Positions 25,880 to 39,225 of a DNA stretch of 64,000 nucleotides are shown one piece after another. Within the stretch, counting starts at the first letter, position 1. Every line of letters starts with the position of its first letter. The position numbers and the translations under genes were made by a program. This stretch comes from Eledone cirrhosa (taxonomy: Eukaryota), in contig OZ024740.1 of NCBI GenBank assembly GCA_964016885.1, positions 285,882,001 through 285,946,000 on the forward strand, given 5' to 3'. Below the pieces are notes generated by a model. The model worked only from the letters and a program-made list of their open reading frames with translations, had not been told where the DNA came from and ran no database searches.

Positions 25880-25889
25880 GTTTAGATAT

Positions 25890-26381
25890 ACTCTTCATCA
25901 GGCATCTACCATATTCTGAATGCCTTGCTTCCCTGGGCATGGATACATTGAAGCTCCGACGTCTGGCAACTGACTTGGTAAACACCCACAAAATTATTAA
26001 CCATCTTGCCAACAACAACTCTGAGTACCTTTTTGATTTCCATGTGTCTAACACATGTGGGCATGCCTATAAAGACAGAAAACAGCACAGCTCCCTTGAC
26101 TTTCGGAAACATTTTTTCATGCTCAGAGTTCCTGAAGCATGGAACAAACTCCCTGCATCAGTTGTTAGCTGCCGAGACACTGCATTCTTTAAAATCTCCA
26201 TGCTTCCTGAAATTCACCAACACTACACCTGATATCCCCCCTCCATACACATGCCACATTTATATCATGACTCATGCACTGTTCACTTTCCTAACATTAT
26301 TCTATGTACTATACATGCACTTTTGATGAGTTGTAGTGCACCTGAGCACTGTACACAATGATTTCATTATTATTATTATTA
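25890..26381 (+). mobile_element. CR1-clade LINE 3' end (ORF2 C-terminus plus 3'UTR and (ATT)n tail)
   Basis: DTLKLRRLATDL..HKII..TCGHAYK..RKHFF.LRV.EAWNKLPASVV..FK; tail GTAGTGCACCTGAGCACTGTAC..(ATT)n recurs at about 43975 (-) and 46853 (+). Confidence 0.9.
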
Positions 26382-26382
26382 T

Positions 26383-26572
26383 GTGGAATGGCAGTATCGG
26401 TAGAGGGTCGGACGCCATGCTTTGCAGCATAGAATTACAACCCTTTACGATCTGAGTTCAAATCACGCCTAGGTTAACTTTGCCTTTCATCCTTACAGGA
26501 TCGATAAAATAAAGTACCAGTAATGCACTGGGATAATTGCTGGCCTTGTGCCAAAAATAGAAACAATTATTA
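26383..26572 (+). mobile_element. Family A SINE inserted in the CR1 (ATT)n tail
   Basis: Homology to other family A copies. Confidence 0.9.
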
Positions 26573-27084
26573 TTATATAAACCAAAACCTCCCATTTTGC
26601 CATCAATTTTTTGGTTACATATTCCTTGGCTTATATTCGAGTATATATGACATATACACTTTATTTGATTTACCCATCTTTACTATCTTCAGTCTATCTC
26701 ATATCGCAAATATTGGTTGTGGCCTTAACTGGTTAAACTGAATTCAGTGTATTACTGGTACATACATTTTGGGTCTAGAGAATTGAAAAAGAAAAATCAA
26801 ATCCAAGATTTAACCCTTTTGTAACCTTTCCAATGAAATATACTTCCTACTCATCATTGAAAAAAGATTGAAAAGAATACAACCTAGTGCACATTCTGTA
26901 TTTCTATTGTCTCAGCAAATGACAGTTACTTATACACGTGTCTATGTGTGTGTGTGTGTGAACACACACACACATATTGTTTCTTTGTCTCTATATCTCT
27001 TTCACTCTCTATATGTTGTTAAGTGTGACATCAGACCAACTAAACACATTGCTTATATTTATATACACAAACACATTGGGTATT

Positions 27085-27375
27085 ACATATATATATACAC
27101 ACATGTATATGTGTATATATATATGTGTGTGTGTGTATGTGTATATATGTATGTATATATATATGATGTGTGTATGTGTATATATGTATGTATATATATT
27201 ATGTATGTATATATGTATATGTATGTATATATGTATATATATATGTATATATATATGTATACATATCTGTATGTATGTATGTATACATATCTGTATGTAT
27301 ATATGTATACATATCTGTATGTATATATGTATATATGTCTGTATGTATATATACTTATATATATATGTGCATGTG
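27085..27375. repeat. TA/TG compound microsatellite
   Basis: Directly visible. Confidence 0.9.
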
Positions 27376-28372
27376 CACAAAAAAGTCAACCATTATTTAC
27401 ATAAAAGTTGTTACATTATAAATTTGAAAGATAATTGCTTTCACTAAAATATTAGTAAACAGGCATACACAAAATGTCTTTGCCAATACAATAAAAAAAA
27501 GTGTTAGTAATATTAGACTGAAAAAGGAGAAAATATATACGATTAGTAATTGAAAGTTAAGATATTATGAAAAATGTGATGCCATTCCATTGCTATAATA
27601 GTGGCTACTTATTTACCAAAAAATACTTACAATGTTGAAAGAGATGGAACAGCTGTTCTGGTAGGAATGTTTAGAATTATATATACATATATACACACAC
27701 ACATATATATATATATATATACTTATGGTGGCTGCCAACTCGTTTTCGAGTACGGCCACTACTTTATATCCATGTAGGAGAACTCCTACCGATGCGCTGA
27801 ACGAGTGTGACTTTTTAGTCCAGCCAGTGACTTGAAAACTCTGGTACAAACACTACACTTGTGACAATTATTGACACATAGTGCTGGGCCCATGATACCA
27901 TGTGACGACAAGTGCAGAGAGATCTCCAGATATAAAGCAATGCCTGTGCCGTGAAGCTTTTATAGTGAGCAAAGGCACTGCACAAAGCCAGTCCCACTCT
28001 CTTAACCAAGATGATATTTACCAAAAAGAAGAACAAGTCAACATCATTGGATACCATCAGGGTTGCAGGTGTTATATCAGAGTTTTCCTTCTCCTAGAAT
28101 TCTGCCTTGACAAAGGCTAAGGGGTCATCTCTCCCGGTGATTTTGGATGGCCATTGACTCTTAAGAGCTCCTTTGCCCTTTGACAGGTTTTGTTTTTAGT
28201 CCTGCAGGATGTCCAAAGTCACCCTCCTCACCAAGAAACCTTGGTGGGGTTGCCAGTTTAGTCGCCAACGACCCGACCATGGGACAGGTTGTACTGGGAT
28301 ACATGTTACCAGTAGCACCAACTGGTGACCTGACATAATATATACTTATACATACATATATACACACACACA

Positions 28373-28562
28373 TCATCATCATCGTTTAACGGCCATCTTC
28401 CATGCTAGCATGGGTTAGATAGGTTTGTCCCACTTGACGCAAGATTGGTCGGGTAACCATGTCTCGCTCGTATAGAACTGTTTCTGGCAGGTTTTCTATG
28501 GCTGGATGCCCTTCCTAATGCCAACCACATTTACAGTGTGGACTGGGAGCCTTTTTACCGTG
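28373..28562 (-). mobile_element. RTE-tailed SINE/LINE 3' segment (other copies near 37052, 38533, 38950, 55060, 59310, 63570)
   Basis: GGAAGGGCATCCAG..AACCCATGCTAGCATGG..(TGA)n. Confidence 0.8.
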
Positions 28563-28590
28563 TCTCCCACACAACCATATACATACATAC

Positions 28591-28622
<32 letters not shown>

Positions 28623-28644
28623 GATGATGATGATGATGATGATA

Positions 28645-28846
28645 TGAAGGTGGGCTGAAAAGTTTATAGGCTGGCTATGAAGGATTGATGCTAGCTAGAC
28701 CTATGAAATCTTGCATGCATTAATTTCAACTCTTCTTATTAATAACTGCATTGTTTCTTTCCAGGGACTATGTTGAAAAATAAACCTCTTTTGGTCATTC
28801 CATGAGAGTATCTTAGTCAGCCTATGAATCTTTCAGCTGACCCTCA
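28645..28846. mobile_element. mariner-type MITE
   Basis: TA|TGAAGGTGGGCTGAAAAGTTTATAGGCTG and CAGCCTATGAATCTTTCAGCTGACCCTCA|TA. Confidence 0.85.
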
Positions 28847-28962
28847 TACATACACACACACACGTGTGTGTGTGAGCATGCCTGTGTATGTCTAATCTCT
28901 CTCTCTCAATATTAATACATTTTTTACTTCTTTGTCCTTTAGCACCTTGTTCTTTAATTTAC

Positions 28963-28974
28963 CTCAACCCCATC
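28963..28974 (-). other. Candidate 12-nt microexon on the minus strand
   Basis: ttcttcatccttccatttttcag|GATGGGGTTGAG|gtaaat. Confidence 0.3.
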
Positions 28975-29445
28975 CTGAAAAATGGAAGGATGAAGAATTT
29001 CAAAGAATTAATAGTTACAAAATAACCCAGTATCATGAAACTGTTACACATTGTCATTAGCTCTAGTTTCTCTCTTCCACCCCATGCCAAAATCTCCCTA
29101 TACCCTTTTTCTCTAATACATACATACTTAGTTATATTATGAGCAGGTTTTATTTAAAAAAAAGTAGGTCATATATATCATGTTTAACATCTTTAATATT
29201 AAAATTTTGTTCTGAATACATTCAAATATAATTTGACTACATTCAGAGCTTATTGGAGATTTTAACCTTTTTCTGACTGTATTTTTAATGAAGTACATGC
29301 TATTCCCAATTAATTATTGAAGAATTTTGAGAGATTTACTAAAATTATTAATTACTTCATTACATATCGTCCTTATATAAAATTATGTTGGGAAGTTTTA
29401 ATTTATATAGGAACCCTTTATGAGTAAAATGGGTAGTTTTTTTTA

Positions 29446-29671
29446 TAACCCTTTAGCATTTAAGCCAACCATATCCGTTCAGAATTCTCACCTCTTTCTG
29501 TTCAAACCGTCCCTAAATGGCTACTCATACTTATGTTAAGGTATTGTCCCCAAAATAAATAACATCAAAATCAAGTAAATTCGATATTATGTGAGATAAT
29601 TATTTAAGATAAAGCCTTTACTGCAAAAATACAATAGTATATATAGAGTAATGTAAATGCTAAAGGGTTAA
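29446..29671. mobile_element. Short piggyBac-like MITE (also near 32215-32611, 34286-34489, 34933-35148, 59859-60017)
   Basis: (T)TAA|CCCTTTAGCATT ... AATGCTAAAGGG|TTAA termini; this copy sits inside a longer TTAA MITE (about 29260-29708). Confidence 0.8.
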
Positions 29672-29854
29672 AGCTAATTTTGGCCCAGTTGGTATCAAAA
29701 GGGTTAAATACAAAGAAGAGGGGTTATAAAACTATTTATTTTTGGGTAACTGCATTAGTACAGTTCAGGTGTGTTGATTTAACAAGATTTGATCCTGAAT
29801 TTATGAAATCAATTCCAGTCCATTTGACACCACCTACTTAAGTTTTTCTTCACC

Positions 29855-30062
29855 TTAACTCATTTGATACCAACCTGCTTGAAACTGCCTCTTACTCTAT
29901 GATACAAAACATTTATTATACTTTTATGTAAGAACCATTGTTAAGTTATGTCCCAAACATCAGATAAATGAGAAAGTTATTGATTAAATCCTGCTAAAAT
30001 CTTAATTAATTGGAAATCTTAGGCAGTGTCTTTCATTAGAAATATGTTAATGAAAGGGTTAA
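29855..30062. mobile_element. Long-family TTAA MITE
   Basis: TTAA..TTTGATACCAACC ... GAAAGGGTTAA. Confidence 0.7.
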
Positions 30063-31076
30063 ATATGATTTGAATTTCTCACACTGTTATATGGGATATT
30101 AACAGACAATAAATCACCTTCCTTCTGTGCTGGTACATTGACATTAATACTTAATAAATCACCTCCACACACTGCTACATTCATATTAACTGACACTAAA
30201 TTTGCCATACATCTTTCTAATGACCTTTGGTGACAACGAGAAGTATCAAACATGTTTGAGCAGGTAATTGACATTATGAGAAAGATTCTGAACCCCTTCA
30301 GTAGTTGTTGCTGTTGTTTAACTCCAAATAAACTCAGATCAAAGACATTCCAACTGTGGTTATCTTGTTATTTTGTATTTCAGGCATATTATATCTAACA
30401 CTATATTGTTCAATATGTCTTTGCCTTTCCTTTCTAAGAAAAAATAGTGGGAAGTGATATGAGGGAAATTTTACTGCAAGGTAGGGTGGCTGTCGCTGGC
30501 CATTGTCTGGGGGAATGCTTTTGAGGCACTGTCCGCAGGGTGCAGCCCCATTACCGCCATGTCCTAGACGCAGAGTCCAATCCCCTTCCCCCCTCCTCAT
30601 TCTTCTGTGACACTAGTGCCATTACCTTTCCCTTCCTTTTCCATTTTTTAAAAATATTTACTTATTTTACATTCCATTCTTTCTTCTCAATCTAAATTAT
30701 TTTTTCTTTTTCTATTAAAATGACATTACTAACATGTTGAGTGACCACACACAGGCTCCCTGATTGTCTTGTTCTTTAGCAGTTCATGGTTCAGAGAAGA
30801 CTAAAACTGATCAAGAGAGAGTTGACATTGACATGGTTCAGAACTTGCTTCTGACATATATTAATTCAGGAATTTTTAGCTGTCCCAACTCTTTCATATA
30901 TACATACACTTTGCTGGCTGTCCTTGTTGGTGTCACCTTAAAATGCACCCAGTACACTCTATAAGGTGGTTGGTGTTAGGATGGGCACCTAACTATAGAA
31001 ATCTTGCCAAAATCGAACATATGAGCAAGATATGGCTGGGCAAGTTGTCATCATCATCAATATTGGATGTTAAACA

Positions 31077-31266
31077 GGGCGGTGGATTGGCAGTATTGGT
31101 AGAGGGTCGGACGCCATGCTTTGCAGCACAGTTACGTCCCTTTACGGACTGAGTTCAAATCCCGCCGAGGTTAACTTTGCCTTTCATCCTTACGGGGTCG
31201 ATAAAATAAAGTACCAGTAATGCACTGGGTAATTGCTGGCCTTGTTCCTAAAGTAGAAACAATTAT
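31077..31266 (+). mobile_element. Family A SINE, near-consensus, 16-bp TSD
   Basis: TSD TATTGGATGTTAAACA; inserted into the tail of an older SINE. Confidence 0.9.
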
Positions 31267-32298
31267 TGGATGTTAAACAATGATGTATGTAATTGTGTGT
31301 GTGTGTGTGTGTGTGTGTGTTAGTAAAAATAGAGGATCAAACACAGGCTCAGCGGTTTTGGGTAGTTACATCTTGTGTGTGTATATATATACATACACAC
31401 TCTTACACACATATGTATGTGTGTGGAGAGAGAGAGAGAGAGAGATGTATGTATATGTACAAACACATTTCCTCTTCAGAAAATAAAATAAAACTCAGCA
31501 TTATGGTTAGTTTACACTGACTGATCTGTCTAAAAATATGTAGTTTATTAGAATTATATTTCATGAACAACTCCTCTCAACTTCACTTACAAATAAATTA
31601 TAAACTGATGATATTCAAACTACATTTATAAATAATATAATAGCTTATTTATGGATTTATAAGTAAGCTAATGAAAAACAACTAAACAATAAGTCTTTAA
31701 TTTTTTTAGTATGTATGTAAAAAATATTTTTATATATATCTTGGACAGATAATTTAGGCCAAATTCCATTATAAAACTATTATGATACTATTTCTCCACC
31801 ATTCCATGCCTTGTCATGTGAATTGTTAGTGTGTCTGTGTGTATGGGGTGGGTAGGTTAACCAAGACCCTACTTGCTTTATAACTTCTCAAGTAACGTTC
31901 TGGAACTCCAGTTATTTTCTAAATGTTTTCCCACTGTTTCAGACAAACATTATCCCATATTCCTTTAATGCAAAATAAGTTAGTAATTAAATGTTTTATA
32001 TTCCTTTCCAAATATCTATTACAGCTGACATCATTATTTTGCTGTCACCCTCCTAAAATAATTAGAATGAAGAAAAAAGCAATTAGTTCTAAAATCTAAT
32101 TGAAATCTGAATTACATATATGCTTTAATACACAAAAATGTTTTTACTTCACAGTTGAGTTTTCATTCACTCATCTAGCTTAAGCTGGTGCATTTGAAGA
32201 GATACTTTATTCATTTAACCCTTTAGCATTGACATTACTCTATATATACTATTGTATTTTCACAGTAAAGGCTTTATCTCACATAATCATCTCACATT

Positions 32299-32468
32299 GT
32301 GGATTGGCAGTATCAGTAGAGGGTCGGACGCCATGCTTTCTAGCATAGAGTTACGTCCCTTTACGGACTGAGTTCAAATCCCTCCAAGGTTAACTTTGCC
32401 TTTCATCCTTATGGGGTCGATAGTACTGGGTAATTGCTGGCCTTGTGCCAAAAAATAGAAACAATTAT
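32299..32468 (+). mobile_element. Family A SINE inside a piggyBac-like MITE
   Basis: Homology to family A; host MITE ends at 32215 and 32611. Confidence 0.85.
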
Positions 32469-32705
32469 ATCGAAGCTATGAGATTTTGATGTTATTTGTT
32501 TTGAGAACAATACCTTAACATAAGTATGAGTGGCTGGTTTCAGCCAGTTTGAGCAGAAAGAGGTGAGAGAATTTTGGTTGGATATGGCTGATTTAAATGC
32601 TAAAGGGTTAAGGTGGTTCATTTGTGATGCTGCCAATGACTAGGTTCTGCTTGTACGTTTTATTTTGGTTTAGTTTATATGACTGGATGCTCTTCCGAAT
32701 GTCAA

Positions 32706-32834
32706 TCACTTTACAGTGTGTACTGGGAGCATGGTTTCTATGTTTGGTTGCCCTTCTTGACACCAACCACTTTACAGTGTGTACTGGGAGCATGGTTTCT
32801 ATGTTTGGTTGCCCTTCTTGACACCAACCACTTT
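32706..32834. repeat. 61-bp tandem duplication within a SINE tail
   Basis: TTACAGTGTGTACTGGGAGC.. at 32711 and 32772. Confidence 0.85.
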
Positions 32835-35800
32835 GCAGCATGTAAATTTGAAATATTTTGATAACCCATTAATAATATTGGCACATGGTTACGGTGCTTG
32901 GCACATGATCATAATGTTGTATGTTTCATTTCCAAACAAGCTGGTGTATTGTATTTTTGAGCAAGGCTCTTCATTTCATGTTGCTTCAGTTCACTCAGCT
33001 GAAAATGAGTATCAGCTGCAGCTGGGAAGCTAACCCTGCAACAGGCTGGTGTTCTATCCACTGGTTAAATCACAGAATTAATAAGCTGAAACTTCAAATG
33101 TTAATAGAAGACATGCTCTTTTTATAAACTATTTTCATGTATTTCTTGTAAATGAAGACAACTTATATAAGCAATATTGAGTTCTGTTCTGTTCTGGTAT
33201 ATAGAGGGCCATTTATTACATTCAAAATAAGATATTTTCTTGTTGATGAAAAATGATGGCCAAGAAAAGGACAGTGTATTCTGATTTTTCTTTTTATTTA
33301 CTTTATTATATTTAAAAAAAATAAAAACTTTGGTTAGAATTTAACTGTTATCATCTGATAGCTTTCATCTCCAACTAATATAGTAAATTCAGTTATGTCT
33401 AAGGTTCTATCTTTAGTTTTGTATGCCAGCATGGAAGAGCAGACATGGTGAAGAATGAATGAATATAGTGTACATATAAATATTTATCTGTGTGTAATTT
33501 ATAAATGCATGTGTAGACACACACACACAGAGGCACAAATGCATATAATATGATGAATGAGATACAAATGGAAGCAATATAGCTGAAAAGATCATGAGTT
33601 AACTGTTCATGCTATTGGAGCTTGCTTCTCTTCCCAAAATGTAGCTGCCTACTATTGATCAGAATGGATATACTGTGATAATATGGAGTAATTGCTCTCT
33701 TCTGCTGCAAAAGATTAGCTGATTACAAATGAAATTCTGTGTCAAGATAGCAGAAATGTCTCTTTGCCATTTTGCTATAGGTACTAATGTTGTAGCATTG
33801 AAATTATCCCGCTCTGTGGAGACTAAATTACAATCATACAAATTAAAATATTATTTACTAGCTTTATGATAAACATTAACCTTTTCATTATTATACTGGA
33901 TTGGCAGTATCAATAGAGCGTCCAACATCATGCTTAGCTGCATAGTGTTACAACCCATTATGCTCCGAGTTCAAATCCTGCCGAAATTAGCTTTGCCTTT
34001 CATCCTTTTGGGTTTGATAAACTAAAGTACCAGTAATGGACTGGGGTTGATTTCATTGACTTTCCCCTCTCCCAAAATTGTTGGCCATGCACCTAAATCA
34101 GAAACCATTATAATTCTAATGAAAGGTCCTACCTATGATTTTCAAATCCTTATGAAAACAATCAAGAATTTGGAGGGATTTAGTAATATGACTAACTTTC
34201 TCATTAAGCGGGTGTTTGGAACATAACATAACAAAGGTTCTTGCATGAAATTATGATGGAAGTTTTGTCAATAAATACAATCACCTTAACCCTTTAGTAT
34301 TTAAACCGGCCGTATCTGGCCAGAATTCTCTCACCTCTTTCTGTTCAAACTGGCCACTCATACTGATATTTAGGTATTGTTCTCAAAATAAATATCAAAA
34401 TCTCATAAATATTATGTGATATTATGTGAGATAAAGCCTTTGCCATGAAAATATAATAGTAAATATAGATGTAAATGCTAAAGGGTTAAATGTTGTTCTT
34501 ATAACATTCATAAGCTTTATTATTTCTATAATCTTGTTTGTCTGGCCATATAAAATATATCTTAGTGCAATATTCTGTTTCTTATTCAAGGTGACTGTTT
34601 CAACATATTTCCTTTTATTCTCCTGCTTACCACACATGGGTTTGTCAATTTCTTACTATTTATCAGATTGACTTTAGGGGCATGCTGTTAGTTTGTGGTG
34701 TGAATGATCATTGTTGCTAACACCTCATCAGGGCTGTATTATTTATAAGACTGAGTAGGCTGAATCCTAGGGGCCTGTCAGTAGCTCTAGGGTAAAAGGG
34801 CGCCCAAAATATCTGAGGGTGTAGGAGGCCTGGCCCAGCCATGGGTTGTTATGGCCCAGCACTTCACACATGTTATGCCTAGCATCATAAGCAATGAAAT
34901 TACTGAGGTTAATATTGAAATCACAAGCACTTCAACCCTTTAGCATTTACATTACTCTATATTTACTATTATATTTTCATGGTAAACACTTTATTTTACA
35001 TAATATCAAATCTATGAGATTTTCGTATTATTTATTTTGAAAACAATACCCTAACATCAGTATGAATGACCAGTTACGGCGTGTTTGAACAAAAAGAGGT
35101 GAGAGATTTCTGGCCAGATACGGCCGGTTTAAATGGTAAAAGGTTAAACTATTAGCCAGGTAAACAGTTAGAGACAATACTAAAAAGTGTGTGTGTGAGA
35201 TTATGGATAGAGAACTTCACCACGACATATGAAACTAACTCTCAGCAATAATGATTTTCAATTTAGGCACAGTATCAGTAATTTGGGAGAGGGGAAAGTT
35301 GATTAAATCAACCCCAATATTTGACTGGTATTTTATTTTATCAACCCCTGAAAGGATGAAAGGTAATAAAAATTAAAACTATGTCTCATGCTCTACAAAC
35401 AAGTATTGAGTTCTCTTTTGTAAGATATTTTGATTTTCACTGAATAATGATGCAACTGATTAATCTCATTTTTGAAAGACCAAAGACCAGATTTATTATT
35501 AGTAATAAGAATGTTTCTCTACAAGCAATTTGAATTTTTTTAAATGTGGCTTTTTGTTAGATTGAGAGTTATTATGGTTGTTTATACATCTCAATGTCTA
35601 TTTTTTTCTCCTTTAAGCCTAATTTACATGAGGTTAGAACTAAATTGACATTATTAGTTATGTAATGTATGTGTATGATTGCATGTCTTCCAATTTACAT
35701 CATGTATGTTTGCCTGTAAAATATGATTAAATCTAGTGTCGTTTCTTTTACATGCTACAAGCATGCTGCTTTAATGTAGTATACACACACACACACACAC

Positions 35801-36639
35801 TCACACATACATCATAGAATCATAGAAACAAACGTTTAAATATTTAGATACTTTGAGCCAGCATTCAACTGAAAGAAGATTGTGCATGTGCAATCAAGTT
35901 TTTGCCTTTGATGTGTGTGTGAGAGAGAGAGAGAGAGGTGGGGAGACAGAGAGATAGCTGTGGAGGCTAGAGATATAATCAATTTACTGTTTATTGCTCT
36001 TAGCTCTGGAAAGATAAAAGCCAAATCAGCTCCAGGGGGCTTTTGAACTTTGAATTCTTGAGATATTGAACTTCAAATTTTATAAAATATCTATTTCAGC
36101 TTCCTATTAGTTATGCTATCTACACTGCCCTATTGATATATAAATACATGCATGCATGTGTTTGAATAGCATTTAAATCTTAACATCCTGTACCTCATGA
36201 AACTGCATTAGCAATACATTCTTGAAAAGTACCAAATCTGGATCACAAAATCATTACAGGATGTTAATGGTTAGATAATAATAATGCTAATAATTATTTC
36301 TACTTTTTGCACAAGGCCAGTTATTTAAAGGAGGGGGGAAGGTCGATTAAATAGACCCCAGTGCATTACTGGTACTTTATTTTATCAACCCCGTAAGGAT
36401 GAAAGGCAAAGCAGGATTTTAACTCAGAACTTAAAGGGCCGTAACTCTATGTACATAAAGAAAGAAAAGGGAACACTGTGTTTTCAAGGTAACAGAAAGT
36501 CATGACTTCACCCTGATTTATATAGAGAGTGGGGGAGCACCAAAAAAAGAGATGTACATAGATAGAAAGAGAAAGGGAATGTCATTTGTTCACAGAGACA
36601 GAAAGAGGGAGAAAACGTCGCCCTCATCTAGTAATAATG

Positions 36640-37050
36640 CTTTCTTTATTAACCACAAGGGTTGACATAAAGTATAACATTAAGGACAGTACAGGATGGT
36701 ACAGATGGGCATTTAGCGAGTAAAAAAAAAAAAAAATTATATATATAAAAAACAAAAACAAATGATGTAACAAAAAAAATGAAAACAAAGGGTAAATTCC
36801 CCAGTAGGGGGGACACTTTTTCAGGTTTCACCTGAAAAGGAAAATCAGGGTGGAGAGGGAAGTGCTGTCTTCCAGCTAGTTTGTTGAAAGGTAGGTGAGA
36901 GAGGCAAGAATGGCCCGTGTGAATGTGCCTGCCCTGAGCGTGTGCCTGTAGTATTGTAGGAGGAAAACTGAGAGAGGGCACTAGCTCTTGTGGTCCGGGT
37001 GACCATGACTTTTTGTGGGCTTTCTCCACAAGTGACCCTCCGAAGTCACC
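36640..37050 (-). mobile_element. Probable non-LTR retrotransposon 3'UTR (L1/Tx1-like)
   Basis: Minus strand ends CCCTTGTGGTTAATAAAGAAAG after a pyrimidine-rich tract; no coding motif seen. Confidence 0.4.
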
Positions 37051-37206
37051 CTCATCATCATCATTTAATGTCTATCTTCCACGCTAGCATGGGTTAGACG
37101 GGAATTGTCCCACTTGAGGCAAGATTGGTTGGGTGACCGTGTCTTGCTCGTATAGGACTGTCTGGCAGGTTTTCTACGGTTGGATGCCCTTCCTAACACC
37201 AACCAC

Positions 37207-37590
37207 AATTGTTTCTAATTTTGGCACAAGGCCAGCAATTATCCAGTGCATTACTGGTACTTTATTTTATCGACTCCGTAAGGATGAAGCTAACTTCGGC
37301 GGGATTTGAACTCAGAATGGCAAAGGCCGTAACTCTGTGTCAAAGCATGGCGTCCAACCCTCTACCGATACTGCCAATCCACCGCCCTCATCTAGTAATA
37401 ATTGTTTCTACTTTTTGGCACAAGGCCAGCAATTATCTCAGCGCATTACTGGTACTTTATTTTATCGACCCCCGTAAGGATGAAAGGCAAAGTTAACCTC
37501 GGCGGGATTTGAACTCATCTAGTAGTAATTGTTTCTACTTTAGGCACAAGGCCAGCAAATACCCAGTGCATTACTGGTACTTTATTTAGT
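37207..37590 (-). mobile_element. Three tandem, progressively 5'-truncated family A SINEs
   Basis: Copies at 37207, 37398 and 37527, each followed by (CTC)ATCTAGTA(A/G)TAAT. Confidence 0.85.
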
Positions 37591-38344
37591 ATTTATCTAG
37601 TAATAATAATAATGAAAAGTATACATTTAAATCATACTTTCGTTGAATTACCTAATTTCTTTACTATTTCTATAGTGTTGTCAGAGTCATTAGAGCATAG
37701 GATAAAATACCTGCAGTATTTGTTACGGCTCTCCGAGTTCAAATCCCACTAACATCAACCCTACCTTTCATTCTTTTGAAGTTGATAAAATAAAGTAGAA
37801 GTCCAGTGCATTAGATTATTGGGACTGTTAGAGCATTGAATGGCATTTGTTTTCACGTTTTGCATTTTGAGTTCAATCCTGCTGTTACATCCTTCGGTGA
37901 TAGATTTAAATCTGTCACCTGGATTAACACCTAGCCCTTGGGTATCAATTGACTTCACTTAGCTGCAAACATTTTTAACAGTTTTCCAGTTTGAGGATAA
38001 CCTTCTTCCTTCCTTTCTTCCTTCTCTCCTAGCAATCTTGGAGACTCCGAAAAGCTTTATGGACACTGTCCCTTCTTCCTCAACTACACAGTACACATGC
38101 ACACAAACTTATGCTTCTTCATGTTATACCCTTTTGAAGGCCCTTACAACTACATTATGATTTCTTTATCAAAATAACCTTAATAAATCTCTATACTTAA
38201 ATTTTGTAGATATACTATAGTGATTCATGTTGTATGCATGTAATATATATTTTTTCTAGTGACTGGCATTGATATTTTCTATATTGAATTTTACATGCTT
38301 TGCTCTTTTATGTATATATTTGTGTGTGTTTATGGCAGTTGCAT

Positions 38345-38527
38345 TGATTGGCAGTATCAGTAGAGAGTCGGACGCCATGCTTTCCAGCATAGTTACGTCC
38401 CTTTACGGTCTGTGTTCAAATCCCGCCGAGGTTAACTTTGCCTTTCATCCTTACGGGGTCGATAAAATAAAGTACCAGTAATGTTCTGGGTAATTGCTGG
38501 CCTTGTGCCAAAAGTAGAAACAATTAT
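38345..38527 (+). mobile_element. Family A SINE
   Basis: Homology to family A. Confidence 0.9.
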
Positions 38528-39164
38528 ATATATCATCATCATCATCATCGTTTAACGTCTATCTTCCACGCTAGCATGGGTTAGACGAGAATTGTCCAAC
38601 TTGAGGCAAGATTAATCGGGTGACTGTGTCTTTCCCGCATAGGACTGTATCTGGCAGGTTTTCTACGGCTGGGTGCCCTTCCTAACACCAACCACATTTA
38701 CATACATATATATCATTTATGTTGAATGGTTTAACTGATGCAATATGTAAAAGCACTCAACGTTATGTGAGTCATCCATTGTAGATGCGGTATGTCGTGG
38801 TTAGTGCAGGAATGGAGTAAATACTTAAATGAAAACAGAAGGCCGATTGGCCTTTGTTTTCATTGAAGTTTATATATATACACACACATATATATATATC
38901 GGTGCGATAGGTTTGGCGCAGCTATCTGGTCTGACCTTCCAGTTCCACGCTGTAAATGTGGTTGGTGTTAAGAAGGGCATCCAGCTGTAAAATACTTGGC
39001 CAAATTTATAGCCCTGTACGGTATGGCCAATTCTGGCCAGACTTGTCTCCTGACATGGACGACCTGTCTAACCCATGTAAGCATGGATAAATGGATGCTA
39101 AATGATGATGATGATGATATATATAAATATAAAATTAACTTTGTTGAATAATCAACAAACTCAT

Positions 39165-39225
<61 letters not shown>

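Larger units (their letters stand above)
25183..26650. mobile_element. Tc1/mariner-superfamily non-autonomous element, copy 2, with nested hAT MITE, SINEs and CR1
   Basis: Same TIR and first about 100 bp as 21322; right end GGCTTATATTCGAGTATATA. Confidence 0.75.

Noticed and set aside
31077-31170. tRNA gene (A/B boxes)
   Set aside because: Head of a multi-copy SINE with body, tail and TSD; no full cloverleaf
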